Below, in pieces: positions 53,401 through 64,000 of a stretch of DNA of 64,000 bases. The DNA is from Eledone cirrhosa (lineage: Eukaryota), in the NCBI GenBank assembly GCA_964016885.1, contig OZ024742.1:331700001-331764000 (forward strand), written 5' to 3'. The position numbers and the translations under genes are program-made. Every line of letters begins with the position of its first letter. The stretch's first letter is position 1. Under the pieces are notes generated by a model. The model was given only the letters and a program-made list of their open reading frames with translations, had not been told where the DNA came from and did not search any database.

Positions 53401-56400
53401 AAGAGAGGATTTAGTGGCAGTTGGGATGGACACTGAACACTGAACACTGAATATTGAAGTTTATTTTTGGCAGAAGAGAGGATTCAGTGGCAGTTGGGGT
53501 GAACACTGCACACTGAACACTGAATATTGAAGGTTATTTTTGGCAGAAGAGAGGATTTAGTGGCAGTTGGGGTGAACACTGAACACTGAATATTGAAGGT
53601 TATTTTTGGCAGAAGAGAGGATTTAGTGGCAGTTGGGGTGAACACTGAACACTGAATATTGAATATTGAAGGTTATTTTTGGCAGAAGAGAGGATTTAGT
53701 GGCAGTTGGGGTGAGCACTGGACACTGAATATTGAAGGTTATTTTTGGCAGAAGAGAGGATTTAGTGGCAGTTTGGGTGAACACTGAACACTGAATATTG
53801 AATATTGAAGGTTATTTTTGCAGAAGAGAGGATTTAGTGGCAGTTGGGATTAACACTGAACACTGAACACTGAATATCGAAGGTTATTTTTGCAGAAGAG
53901 AGGATTTAGTGGCAGATGGGGTGAACACTGAACACTGAATATTGAAGGTTATTTTTGCAGAAGAGAGGATTTAGTGGCAGTTGGGGTGAACACTGAACAC
54001 TGAATATTGAATATTGAAGGTTATTTTTGGCTGAAGAGAGGATTTAGTGGCAGTTGGGGTTAACACTGAACACTGAATATTGAAGGTTATTTTTGGCAGA
54101 AGAGAGGATTTAGTGGCAGTTTGGGTGAACACTGAACACTGAATATTGAATATTGAAGGTTATTTTTGGCAGAAGAGAGGATTTAGTGGCAGTTGGGGTG
54201 GACACTTAACACTGAATATTGAAGGTTATTTTTGGCAGAAGAGAGGATATAGTGGCAGTTGGGGTGAACACTGAACACTGAATATTGTATATTGAAGGTT
54301 ATTTTTGGCTGAAGAGAGGATTTAGTGGCAGTTGGGTTTAACACTGAACAATGAATATTGAAGGTTATTTTTGGCAGAAGAGAGGATTTAGTGGCAGTTT
54401 GGGTGAACACTGAACACTGAATATTGAATATTGAAGGTTATTTTTGGCAGAAGAGAGGATTTAGTGGCAGTTGGGGTGAACACTGAACACTGAATATTGA
54501 GGGTTATTTTTGGCAGAAGATAGGTTTTAGTGGCAGTTGGGGTGAACACTGATCACTGAATATTGAAGGTTATTTTTGGCAGAAGAGAGGATTTAGTGGC
54601 AGTTGGGGTGAACACTGCACACTGAACACTGAATATTGAAGGTTATTTTTGGCAGAAGAGAGGCTTTAGTGGCAGTTGGGGTGAACACTGAACACTGAAT
54701 ATTGAAGGTTATTTTTGGCAGAAGAGAGGATTTAGTGGCAGTTGGGGTGAACACTGAACACTGAAGATTGAATATTGAAGGTTATTTTTGGCTGAAGAGA
54801 GGATTTAGTGGCAGTTGGGGTTAACACTGAACACTGAATATTGAAGGTTATTTTTGGCAGAAGAGAGGATTTAGTGGCAGTTTGGGTGAACACTGAACAC
54901 TGAATATTGAATATTGAAGGTTATTTTTGGCAGAAGAGAGGATTTAGTGGCAGTTGGGGTAAACACTGAACACTGAATATTGAGGGTTATTTTTGGCAGA
55001 AGATAGGTTTTAGTGGCAGTTGGGGTGAACACTGAACACTGAATATTGAAGGTTATTTTTGGCAGAAGAGAGGATATAGTGGCAGTTGGGGTGAACACTG
55101 AACACTGATCACTGAATATTGAAGGTTATTTTTGGCAGAAGAGAGGATTTAGTGGCAGTTGGGGTGAACACTGAACACTGAATATTGAATATTGAAGGTT
55201 ATTTTTGGCAGAAGAGAGGATTTAGTGGCAGTTGGGGAGAACACTGAACACTGAATATTGAAGGTTAATTTTGGCAGAAGAGAGGATTTAGTGGCAGTTT
55301 GGGTGAACACTGAACACTGAACACTGAATATTGAAGGTTCTTTTTGCAGAAGAGAGTGTTTAGTGGCAGTTGGGGTGAACACTGAACACTGAATATTGAA
55401 GGTTATTTTTGGCAGAAGAGATGATTTAGTGGCAGTTGGGGTGAACACTGAACACTGAATATTGAAGGTTATTTTTGGCAGAAGAGAGGATTTAGTGGCA
55501 GTTGGGGTGAACACTGAACACTGAATATTGAAGGTTATTTTTGGCAGAAGAGAGGATATAGTGGCAGTTGGGGTGAACACTGAACACTGAATATTGTATA
55601 TTGAAGGTTATTTTTGGCTGAAGAGAGGATTTAGTGGCAGTTGGGTTTAACACTGAACAATGAATATTGAAGGTTATTTTTGGCAGAAGAGAGGATTTAG
55701 TGGCAGTTTGGGTGAACACTGAACACTGAATATTGAATATTGAAGGTTATTTTTGGCAGAAGAGAGGATTTAGTGGCAGTTGGGGTGAACACTGAACACT
55801 GAATATTGAGGGTTATTTTTGGCAGAAGATAGGTTTTAGTGGCAGTTGGGGTGAACACTGATCACTGAATATTGAAGGTTATTTTTGGCAGAAGAGAGGA
55901 TTTAGTGGCAGTTGGGGTGAACACTGCACACTGAACACTGAATATTGAAGGTTATTTTTGGCAGAAGAGAGGCTTTAGTGGCAGTTGGGGTGAACACTGA
56001 ACACTGAATATTGAAGGTTATTTTTGGCAGAAGAGAGGATTTAGTGGCAGTTGGGGTGAACACTGAACACTGAAGATTGAATATTGAAGGTTATTTTTGG
56101 CTGAAGAGAGGATTTAGTGGCAGTTGGGGTTAACACTGAACACTGAATATTGAAGGTTATTTTTGGCAGAAGAGAGGATTTAGTGGCAGTTTGGGTGAAC
56201 ACTGAACACTGAATATTGAATATTGAAGGTTATTTTTGGCAGAAGAGAGGATTTAGTGGCAGTTGGGGTAAACACTGAACACTGAATATTGAGGGTTATT
56301 TTTGGCAGAAGATAGGTTTTAGTGGCAGTTGGGGTGAACACTGAACACTGAATATTGAAGGTTATTTTTGGCAGAAGAGAGGATATAGTGGCAGTTGGGG

Positions 56401-59400
56401 TGAACACTGAACACTGATCACTGAATATTGAAGGTTATTTTTGGCAGAAGAGAGGATTTAGTGGCAGTTGGGGTGAACACTGAACACTGAATATTGAATA
56501 TTGAAGGTTATTTTTGGCAGAAGAGAGGATTTAGTGGCAGTTGGGGAGAACACTGAACACTGAATATTGAAGGTTAATTTTGGCAGAAGAGAGGATTTAG
56601 TGGCAGTTTGGGTGAACACTGAACACTGAACACTGAATATTGAAGGTTCTTTTTGCAGAAGAGAGTGTTTAGTGGCAGTTGGGGTGAACACTGAACACTG
56701 AATATTGAAGGTTATTTTTGGCAGAAGAGATGATTTAGTGGCAGTTGGGGTGAACACTGAACACTGAATATTGAAGGTTATTTTTGGCAGAAGAGAGGAT
56801 TTAGTGGCAGTTGGGGTGAACACTGAACACTGAATATTGAAGGTTATTTTTGGCAGAAGAGAGGATTTAGTGGCAGTTGGGGTGAACACTGAACACTGAA
56901 TATTGAAGGTTATTTTTGGCAGAAGAGAGGATTTAGTGGCAGTTGGGGTGAACACTGAACACTGAATATTGAATATTGAAGGTTAATTTTGGCAGAAGAG
57001 AGGATTTAGTGGCAGTTGGGGTGAACATTGAACACTGAATATTGAAGGTTATTTTTGGCAGAAGAGAGGATTTAGTGGCAGTTGGGGTGAACACTGAACA
57101 CTGAATATTGAATATTGAAGGTTAATTTTGGCAGAAGAGAGGATTTAGTGGCAGTTGGGGTGAACACTGAACACTGAATATTGAAGGTTATTTTTGGCAG
57201 AAGAGAGGATTTAGTGGCAGTTGGGGTGAACACTGAACACTGAATATTGAATATTGAAGGTTAATTTTGGCAGAAGAGAGGATTTAGTGGCAGTTGGGGT
57301 GAACACTGAACACTGAATATTGAAGGTTATTTTTGGCAGAAGAGAGGATTTAGTGGCAGTTGGGGTGAACACTGAACACTGAATATTGAATATTGAAGGT
57401 TAATTTTGGCAGAAGAGAGGATTTAGTGGCAGTTGGGGTGAACACTGAACACTGAATATTGAAGGTTATTTTTGGCAGAAGAGAGGATCTAGTGGCAGTT
57501 GGGGTGAACACTGAACACTGAATATTGAATATTGAAGGTTAATTTTGGCAGAAGAGAGGATTTAGTGGCAGTTGGGGTGAACACTGAACACTGAATATTG
57601 AAGGTTATTTTTGGCAGAAGAGAGGATTTAGTGGCAGTTGGGGTGAAGACTGAACACTGAATATTGAATATTGAAGGTTATTTTTGGCAGAAGAGAGGAT
57701 TTAGTGGCAGTTGGGGTGAACACTGGACACTGAATATTGAAGGTTATTTTTGGCAGAAGAGAGGATATAGTGACAGTTGGGGTGCACACTGAACACTGAT
57801 CACTGAATATTGAAGGTTATTTTTGGCAGAAGAGAGGATTTAGTGGCAGTTGGGGTGAACACTGAACACTGAATATTGAATATTGAAGGTTATTTTTGGC
57901 AGAAGAGAGGATTTAGTGGCAGTTGGGGAGAACACTGAACACTGTCTATTGAATATTGAAGGTTATTTTTGGCAGAAGAGAGGATTTAGTGGCAGTTGGG
58001 GTGAACACTGAACACTGAATATTGAAGGTTATTTTTGGCAGAAGAGAGGATTTAGTGGCAGTTGGGGTGAACACTGAACACTGAATATTGAAGGTTAATT
58101 TTGGCAGAAGAGAGGATTTAGTGGCAGTTTGGGTGAACACTGAACACTGAACACTGAATATTGAAGGTTTTTTTGCAGAAGAGAGGGTTTAGTGGCAGTT
58201 GGGGTGAACACTGAACACTGAATATTGAAGGTTATTTTTGGCAGAAGAGAGGATTTAGTGGCAGTTGGGGTGAACACTGAACACTGAATATTGAAGGTTA
58301 TTTTTGGCAGAAGAGAGGATTTAGTGGCAGTTGGGGTGAACACTGAACACTGATCACTGAATATTGAAGGTTATTTTTGGCAGAAGAGAGGATTTAGTGG
58401 CAGTTGGGGTGAACACTGAACACTGAATATTGAAGGTTATTTTTGGCAGAAGAGAGGATTTAGTGGCAGTTGGGGTGAACACTGAACACTGTCTATTGAA
58501 TATTGAAGGTTATTTTTGGCAGAAGAGAGGATTTAGTGGCAGTTGGGGTGAACACTGGACACTGAATATTGAAGGTTATTTTTGGCAGAAGAGAGGATTT
58601 AGTGGCAGTTTTGGTGAACACTGAACACTGAATATTGAATATTGAAGGTTATTTTTGCAGAAGAGAGGATTTAGTGGCAGTTGGGATGGACACTGAACAC
58701 TGAACACTGAATATTGAAGTTTATTTTTGGCAGAAGAGAGGATTCAGTGGCAGTTGGGGTGAACACTGCACACTGAACACTGAATATTGAAGGTTATTTT
58801 TGGCAGAAGAGAGGATTTAGTGGCAGTTGGGGTGAACACTGAACACTGAATATTGAAGGTTATTTTTGGCAGAAGAGAGGATTTAGTGGCAGTTGGGGTG
58901 AACACTGAACACTGAATATTGAATATTGAAGGTTATTTTTGGCAGAAGAGAGGATTTAGTGGCAGTTGGGGTGAGCACTGGACACTGAATATTGAAGGTT
59001 ATTTTTGGCAGAAGAGAGGATTTAGTGGCAGTTTGGGTGAACACTGAACACTGAATATTGAATATTGAAGGTTATTTTTGCAGAAGAGAGGATTTAGTGG
59101 CAGTTGGGATTAACACTGAACACTGAACACTGAATATCGAAGGTTATTTTTGCAGAAGAGAGGATTTAGTGGCAGATGGGGTGAACACTGAACACTGAAT
59201 ATTGAAGGTTATTTTTGCAGAAGAGAGGATTTAGTGGCAGTCGGGGTGAACACTGAACACTGAATATTGAATATTGAAGGTTATTTTTGGCTGAAGAGAG
59301 GATTTAGTGACAGTTGGGGTTAACACTGAACACTGAATATTGAAGGTTATTTTTGGCAGAAGAGAGGATTTAGTGGCAGTTTGGGTGAACACTGAACACT

Positions 59401-59460
59401 GAATATTGAATATTGAAGGTTATTTTTGGCAGAAGAGAGGATTTAGTGGCAGTTGGGGTG
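50450..59460. repeat. Block duplication, offset 5260 bp (50450-54200 vs 55710-59460), equal to a 3951-bp period plus a nested 1309-bp tandem duplication (54208-55516 / 55517-56866)
   Basis: ORF pairs 50920/56180, 51198/56458 and 52686/57946 (+5260), and 54183/55492 and 54871/56180 (+1309). Private GGGTTTAACACTGAACAATG at ~54334/55643. Confidence 0.87.
51721..52415. repeat. Run of five 139-bp (66+73) dimers; duplicated at 56981-57675, with a shorter version near 60179-60800
   Basis: GGTTAATTTT at 51721, 51860, 51999, 52138 and 52277 (exact 139-bp spacing), and at 56981, 57120, 57259, 57398 and 57537. Confidence 0.9.
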
Positions 59461-62400
59461 AACACTGAACACTGAATATTGAAGGTTATTTTTGGCAGAA
59501 GATAGGATTTAGTGGCAGTTGGGGTGGACACTTAACACTGAATATTGAAGGTTATTTTTGGCAGAAGAGAGGATATAGTGGCAGTTGGGGTGAACACTGA
59601 ACACTGAATATTGAATATTGATGGTTATTTTTGGCTGAAGAGAGGATTTAGTGGCAGTTGGGGTTAACACTGAACACTGAATATTGAAGGTTATTTTTGG
59701 CAGAAGAGAGGATTTAGTGGCAGTTTGGGTGAACACTGAACACTGAATATTGAATATTGAAGGTTATTTTTGGCAGAAGAGAGGATTTAGTGGCAGTTGG
59801 GGTGAACACTGAACACTGAATATTGAGGGTTATTTTTGGCAGAAGATAGGTTTTAGTGGCAGTTGGGGTGAACACTGAACACTGAATATTGAAGGTTATT
59901 TTTGGCAGAAGAGAGGATATAGTGGCAGTTGGGGTGAACACTGAACACTGATCACTGAATATTGAAGGTTATTTTTGGCAGAAGAGAGGATTTAGTGGCA
60001 GTTGGGGTGAACACTGAACACTGAATATTGAATATTGAAGGTTATTTTTGGCAGAAGAGAGGATTTAGTGGCAGTTGGGGTGAACACTGAACACTGAATA
60101 TTGAAGGTTATTTTTGGCAGAAGAGAGGATTTAGTGGCAGTTGGGGTGAACACTGAACACTGAATATTGAATATTGAAGGTTAATTTTGGCAGAAGAGAG
60201 GATTTAGTGGCAGTTGGGGTGAACACTGAACACTGAATATTGAAGGTTATTTTTGGCAGAAGAGAGGATTTAGTGGCAGTTGGGGTGAACACTGAACACT
60301 GAATATTGAAGGTTATTTTTGGCAGAAGAGAGGATTTAGTGGCAGTTGGGGTGAACACTGAACACTGAATATTGAATATTGAAGGTTAATTTTGGCAGAA
60401 GAGAGGATTTAGTGGCAGTTGGGGTGAACACTGAACACTGAATATTGAAGGTTATTTTTGGCAGAAGAGAGGATTTAGTGGCAGTTGGGGTGAACACTGA
60501 ACACTGAATATTGAATATTGAAGGTTAATTTTGGCAGAAGAGAGGATTTAGTGGCAGTTGGGGTGAACACTGAACACTGAATATTGAAGGTTATTTTTGG
60601 CAGAAGAGAGGATCTAGTGGCAGTTGGGGTGAACACTGAACACTGAATATTGAATATTGAAGGTTAATTTTGGCAGAAGAGAGGATTTAGTGGCAGTTGG
60701 GGTGAACACTGAACACTGAATATTGAAGGTTATTTTTGGCAGAAGAGAGGATTTAGTGGCAGTTGGGGTGAAGACTGAACACTGAATATTGAATATTGAA
60801 GGTTATTTTTGGCAGAAGAGAGGATTTAGTGGCAGTTGGGGTGAACACTGGACACTGAATATTGAAGGTTATTTTTGGCAGAAGAGAGGATATAGTGACA
60901 GTTGGGGTGCACACTGAACACTGATCACTGAATATTGAAGGTTATTTTTGGCAGAAGAGAGGATTTAGTGGCAGTTGGGGTGAACACTGAACACTGAATA
61001 TTGAATATTGAAGGTTATTTTTGGCAGAAGAGAGGATTTAGTGGCAGTTGGGGAGAACACTGAACACTGTCTATTGAATATTGAAGGTTATTTTTGGCAG
61101 AAGAGAGGATTTAGTGGCAGTTGGGGTGAACACTGAACACTGAATATTGAAGGTTATTTTTGGCAGAAGAGAGGATTTAGTGGCAGTTGGGGTGAACACT
61201 GAACACTGAATATTGAAGGTTAATTTTGGCAGAAGAGAGGATTTAGTGGCAGTTTGGGTGAACACTGAACACTGAACACTGAATATTGAAGGTTTTTTTG
61301 CAGAAGAGAGGGTTTAGTGGCAGTTGGGGTGAACACTGAACACTGAATATTGAAGGTTATTTTTGGCAGAAGAGAGGATTTAGTGGCAGTTGGGGTGAAC
61401 ACTGAACACTGAATATTGAAGGTTATTTTTGGCAGAAGAGAGGATTTAGTGGCAGTTGGGGTGAACACTGAACACTGATCACTGAATATTGAAGGTTATT
61501 TTTGGCAGAAGAGAGGATTTAGTGGCAGTTGGGGTGAACACTGAACACTGAATATTGAAGGTTATTTTTGGCAGAAGAGAGGATTTAGTGGCAGTTGGGG
61601 TGAACACTGAACACTGTCTATTGAATATTGAAGGTTATTTTTGGCAGAAGAGAGGATTTAGTGGCAGTTGGGGTGAACACTGGACACTGAATATTGAAGG
61701 TTATTTTTGGCGGAAGAGAGGATTTAGTGGCAGTTTTGGTGAACACTGAACACTGAATATTGAATATTGAAGGTTATTTTTGCAGAAGAGAGGATTTAGT
61801 GGCAGTTGGGATGGACACTGAACACTGAACACTGAATATTGAAGTTTATTTTTGGCAGAAGAGAGGATTCAGTGGCAGTTGGGGTGAACACTGCACACTG
61901 AACACTGAATATTGAAGGTTATTTTTGGCAGAAGAGAGGATTTAGTGGCAGTTGGGGTGAACACTGAACACTGAATATTGAATATTGAAGGTTATTTTTG
62001 GCAGAAGAGAGGATTTAGTGGCAGTTGGGGTGAGCACTGGACACTGAATATTGAAGGTTATTTTTGGCAGAAGAGAGGATTTAGTGGCAGTTTGGGTGAA
62101 CACTGAACACTGAATATTGAATATTGAAGGTTATTTTTGCAGAAGAGAGGATTTAGTGGCAGTTGGGATTAACACTGAACACTGAACACTGAATATCGAA
62201 GGTTATTTTTGCAGAAGAGAGGATTTAGTGGCAGATGGGGTGAACACTGAACACTGAATATTGAAGGTTATTTTTGCAGAAGAGAGGATTTAGTGGCAGT
62301 CGGGGTGAACACTGAACACTGAATATTGTATATTGAAGGTTATTTTTGGCTGAAGAGAGGATTTAGTGGCAGTTGGGGTTAACACTGAACACTGAATATT

Positions 62401-64000
62401 GAAGGTTATTTTTGGCAGAAGAGAGGATTTAGTGGCAGTTTGGGTGAACACTGAACACTGAATATTGAATATTGAAGGTTATTTTTGGCAGAAGAGAGGA
62501 TTTAGTGGCAGTTGGGGTGAACACTGAACACTGAATATTGAAGGTTATTTTTGGCAGAAGATAGGATTTAGTGGCAGTTGGGGTGGACACTTAACACTGA
62601 ATATTGAAGGTTATTTTTGGCAGAAGAGAGGATATAGTGGCAGTTGGGGTGAACACTGAACACTGAATATTGAATATTGATGGTTATTTTTGGCTGAAGA
62701 GAGGATTTAGTGGCAGTTGGGGTTAACACTGAACACTGAATATTGAAGGTTATTTTTGGCAGAAGAGAGGATTTAGTGGCAGTTTGGGTGAACACTGAAC
62801 ACTGAATATTGAATATTGAAGGTTATTTTTGGCAGAAGAGAGGATTTAGTGGCAGTTGGGGTGAACACTGAACACTGAATATTGAGGGTTATTTTTGGCT
62901 GAAGATAGGTTTTAGTGGCAGTTGGGGTGAACACTGAACACTGAATATTGAAGGTTATTTTTGGCAGAAGAGAGGATATAGTGGCAGTTGGGGTGAACAC
63001 TGAACACTGATCACTGAATATTGAAGGTTATTTTTGGCAGAAGAGAGGATTTAGTGGCAGTTGGGGTGAACACTGAACACTGAATATTGAATATTGAAGG
63101 TTATTTTTGGCAGAAGAGAGGATTTAGTGGCAGTTGGGGTGAACACTGAACACTGAATATTGAATATTGAAGGTTATTTTTGGCAGAAGAGAGGATTTAG
63201 TGGCAGCTGGGGTAAACACTGAACACTGAACACTAAAGGTTATTTTTGGCAGAAGAGAGTATTTAGTGGCAGTTGGGGTGAACACTGAACACTGAATATT
63301 GAATATTGAAGGTTATTTTTGGCAGAAGAGAGGATTTAGTGGCAGTTGGGGTGAACATTGAACACTGAATATTGAAGGTTATTTTTGGCAGAAGAGAGGA
63401 TTTAGTGGCAGTTGGGGTGAACACTGAACACTGAATATTGAAGGTTAATTTTGGCAGAAGAGAGGATTTAGTGGCAGTTGGGGTGAACACTGAACACTGA
63501 ACACTGAATATTGAAGGTTTTTTTGCAGAAGAGAGGGTTTAGTGGCAGTTGGGGTGAACACTGAACACTGAATATTGAAGGTTATTTTTGGCAGAAGAGA
63601 GGATTTAGTGGCAGTTGGGGTGAACACTGAACACTGAATATTGAAGGTTATTTTTGGCAGAAGAGAGGATTTAGTGGCAGTTGGGGTGAACACTGAACAC
63701 TGATCACTGAATATTGAAGGTTATTTTTGGCAGAAGAGAGGATTTAGTGGCAGTTGGGGTGAACACTGAACACTGAATATTGAAGGTTATTTTTGGCAGA
63801 AGAGAGGATTTAGTGGCAGTTGGGGTGAACACTGAACACTGTCTATTGAATATTGAAGGTTATTTTTGGCAGAAGAGAGGATTTAGTGGCAGTTGGGGTG
63901 AACACTGGACACTGAATATTGAAGGTTATTTTTGGCAGAAGAGAGGATTTAGTGGCAGTTTTGGTGAACACTGAACACTGAATATTGAATATTGAAGGTT

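Larger units (their letters stand above)
1..64000. repeat. Satellite DNA tandem array, 65/66/72/73-bp monomer, head-to-tail in one orientation, running off both window ends
   Basis: Every line contains the unit GGTTATTTTT(G)GCAGAAGAGAGGATTTAGTGGCAGTTGGGG(TGAACAC)2-3(TGAATAT)1-2TGAA. No non-repeat interval or reverse-complement copy was seen. The 66-mer consensus has G21 A20 T19 C6 (41% GC) and no CpG. Confidence 0.99.
39450..64000. repeat. Satellite subfamily domain C (dominated by 66/73-bp GG-type monomers; 2-4 kb variable higher-order units)
   Basis: Private markers include CACTGGACAC (first at ~39495), GGGGAGAAC, CTGTCTATTG, CTGCACACTG, GATAGGTTTT and GTGACAGTTGGGGTGCACAC. GGTTAATTTTGG and GGGGTTAACAC are enriched. 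Single-G (65/72 bp) monomers become a minority. Confidence 0.9.
42500..64000. repeat. Domain C recurring ~1-kb+ cassette at variable spacing (six full copies plus a partial one at the window end)
   Basis: GTGACAGTTGGGGTGCACAC at 42676, 46558, 48698, 52510, 57770 and 60895 (spacings 3882, 2140, 3812, 5260, 3125). Each is followed by GGGGAGAAC..TGTCTATTG, GGTTTTTTTGC, a second TGTCTATTG and GTTTTGGTG. Confidence 0.88.

Noticed and set aside
873-63693. About 70 minus-strand ORFs with 22-aa (FTPTATKSSLLPKITFNIQCSV) or 24-aa (CSPQLPLNPLFCKNNLQYSIFSVQ) repeats
   Set aside because: These arise because 66- and 72-bp monomers are multiples of three and the minus strand has only two stop codons per unit, leaving one frame open. 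The frames shift at every 65/73-bp monomer, the starts I checked are GTG/TTG inside the repeat, and there is no unique flanking coding sequence or recognisable domain.
43336-63974. Seven 64-aa plus-strand ORFs (MKVIFGRREDLVAVG...)
   Set aside because: They are opened by the TGTCTAT and TGGACAC point variants removing TGA stops, start at TTG, and recur only because the cassette is duplicated.
1-64000. CRISPR-like period (constant ~40-bp part plus variable part, 65-73 bp)
   Set aside because: The variable part is only a 7-bp subunit count rather than unique spacers. There is no leader, no cas gene and no palindromic repeat.
1-64000. Telomere-like motifs TTGGGG and TTTAGTG in each monomer
   Set aside because: These are single isolated or degenerate copies, never tandem, so they do not support a telomeric repeat or telomeric origin.
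1-64000. G-quadruplex potential (GG..GG..GG..GGGG)
   Set aside because: There is only one run of three or more G per ~69 bp. At most this is a weak two-tetrad pattern with long loops.
1-64000. TGAACA direct repeats resembling nuclear-receptor half sites, and the AATATT palindrome
   Set aside because: Short motifs in a satellite with no gene context and an unknown host give no support for a regulatory function.
1-64000. Transposon insertion, inversion, rDNA spacer or tRNA-derived unit
   Set aside because: No terminal repeats, target-site duplications, strand switch, rRNA/tRNA similarity or non-satellite sequence was seen.
1-64000. Idea that monomer-type order is a functional code or programmed variation system
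   Set aside because: The order is explained by nested duplication and deletion, and no recombinase, reverse transcriptase or expression site is present in the window.

Overview
The whole 64 kb window is one uninterrupted, single-orientation tandem repeat (satellite DNA) of roughly 920-930 monomers (64,000 / ~69 bp). The 66-bp consensus on the + strand is GGTTATTTTTGGCAGAAGAGAGGATTTAGTGGCAGTTGGGG-TGAACAC-TGAACAC-TGAATAT-TGAA. The main length classes are 65/66/72/73 bp, set by a 1-bp G indel (TTTTTGC vs TTTTTGGC) and by one extra 7-bp subunit (TGAACAC or TGAATAT). I see no credible gene, RNA gene, transposon, CRISPR array, inversion or unique sequence. All supplied ORFs are translations of the monomer. 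The information lies in the order of variant monomers. There are three subfamily domains (about 1-29.9 kb, 29.9-39.45 kb and 39.45-64 kb), each with its own diagnostic variants, irregular higher-order repeats, and nested near-identical duplications of about 1-5.7 kb. The architecture resembles eukaryotic heterochromatic (centromeric, pericentromeric or subtelomeric) satellite, but I cannot identify the organism, the family or a function from the sequence alone. I found no evidence for a new gene-encoded system. All counts and breakpoints were made by eye and are approximate.
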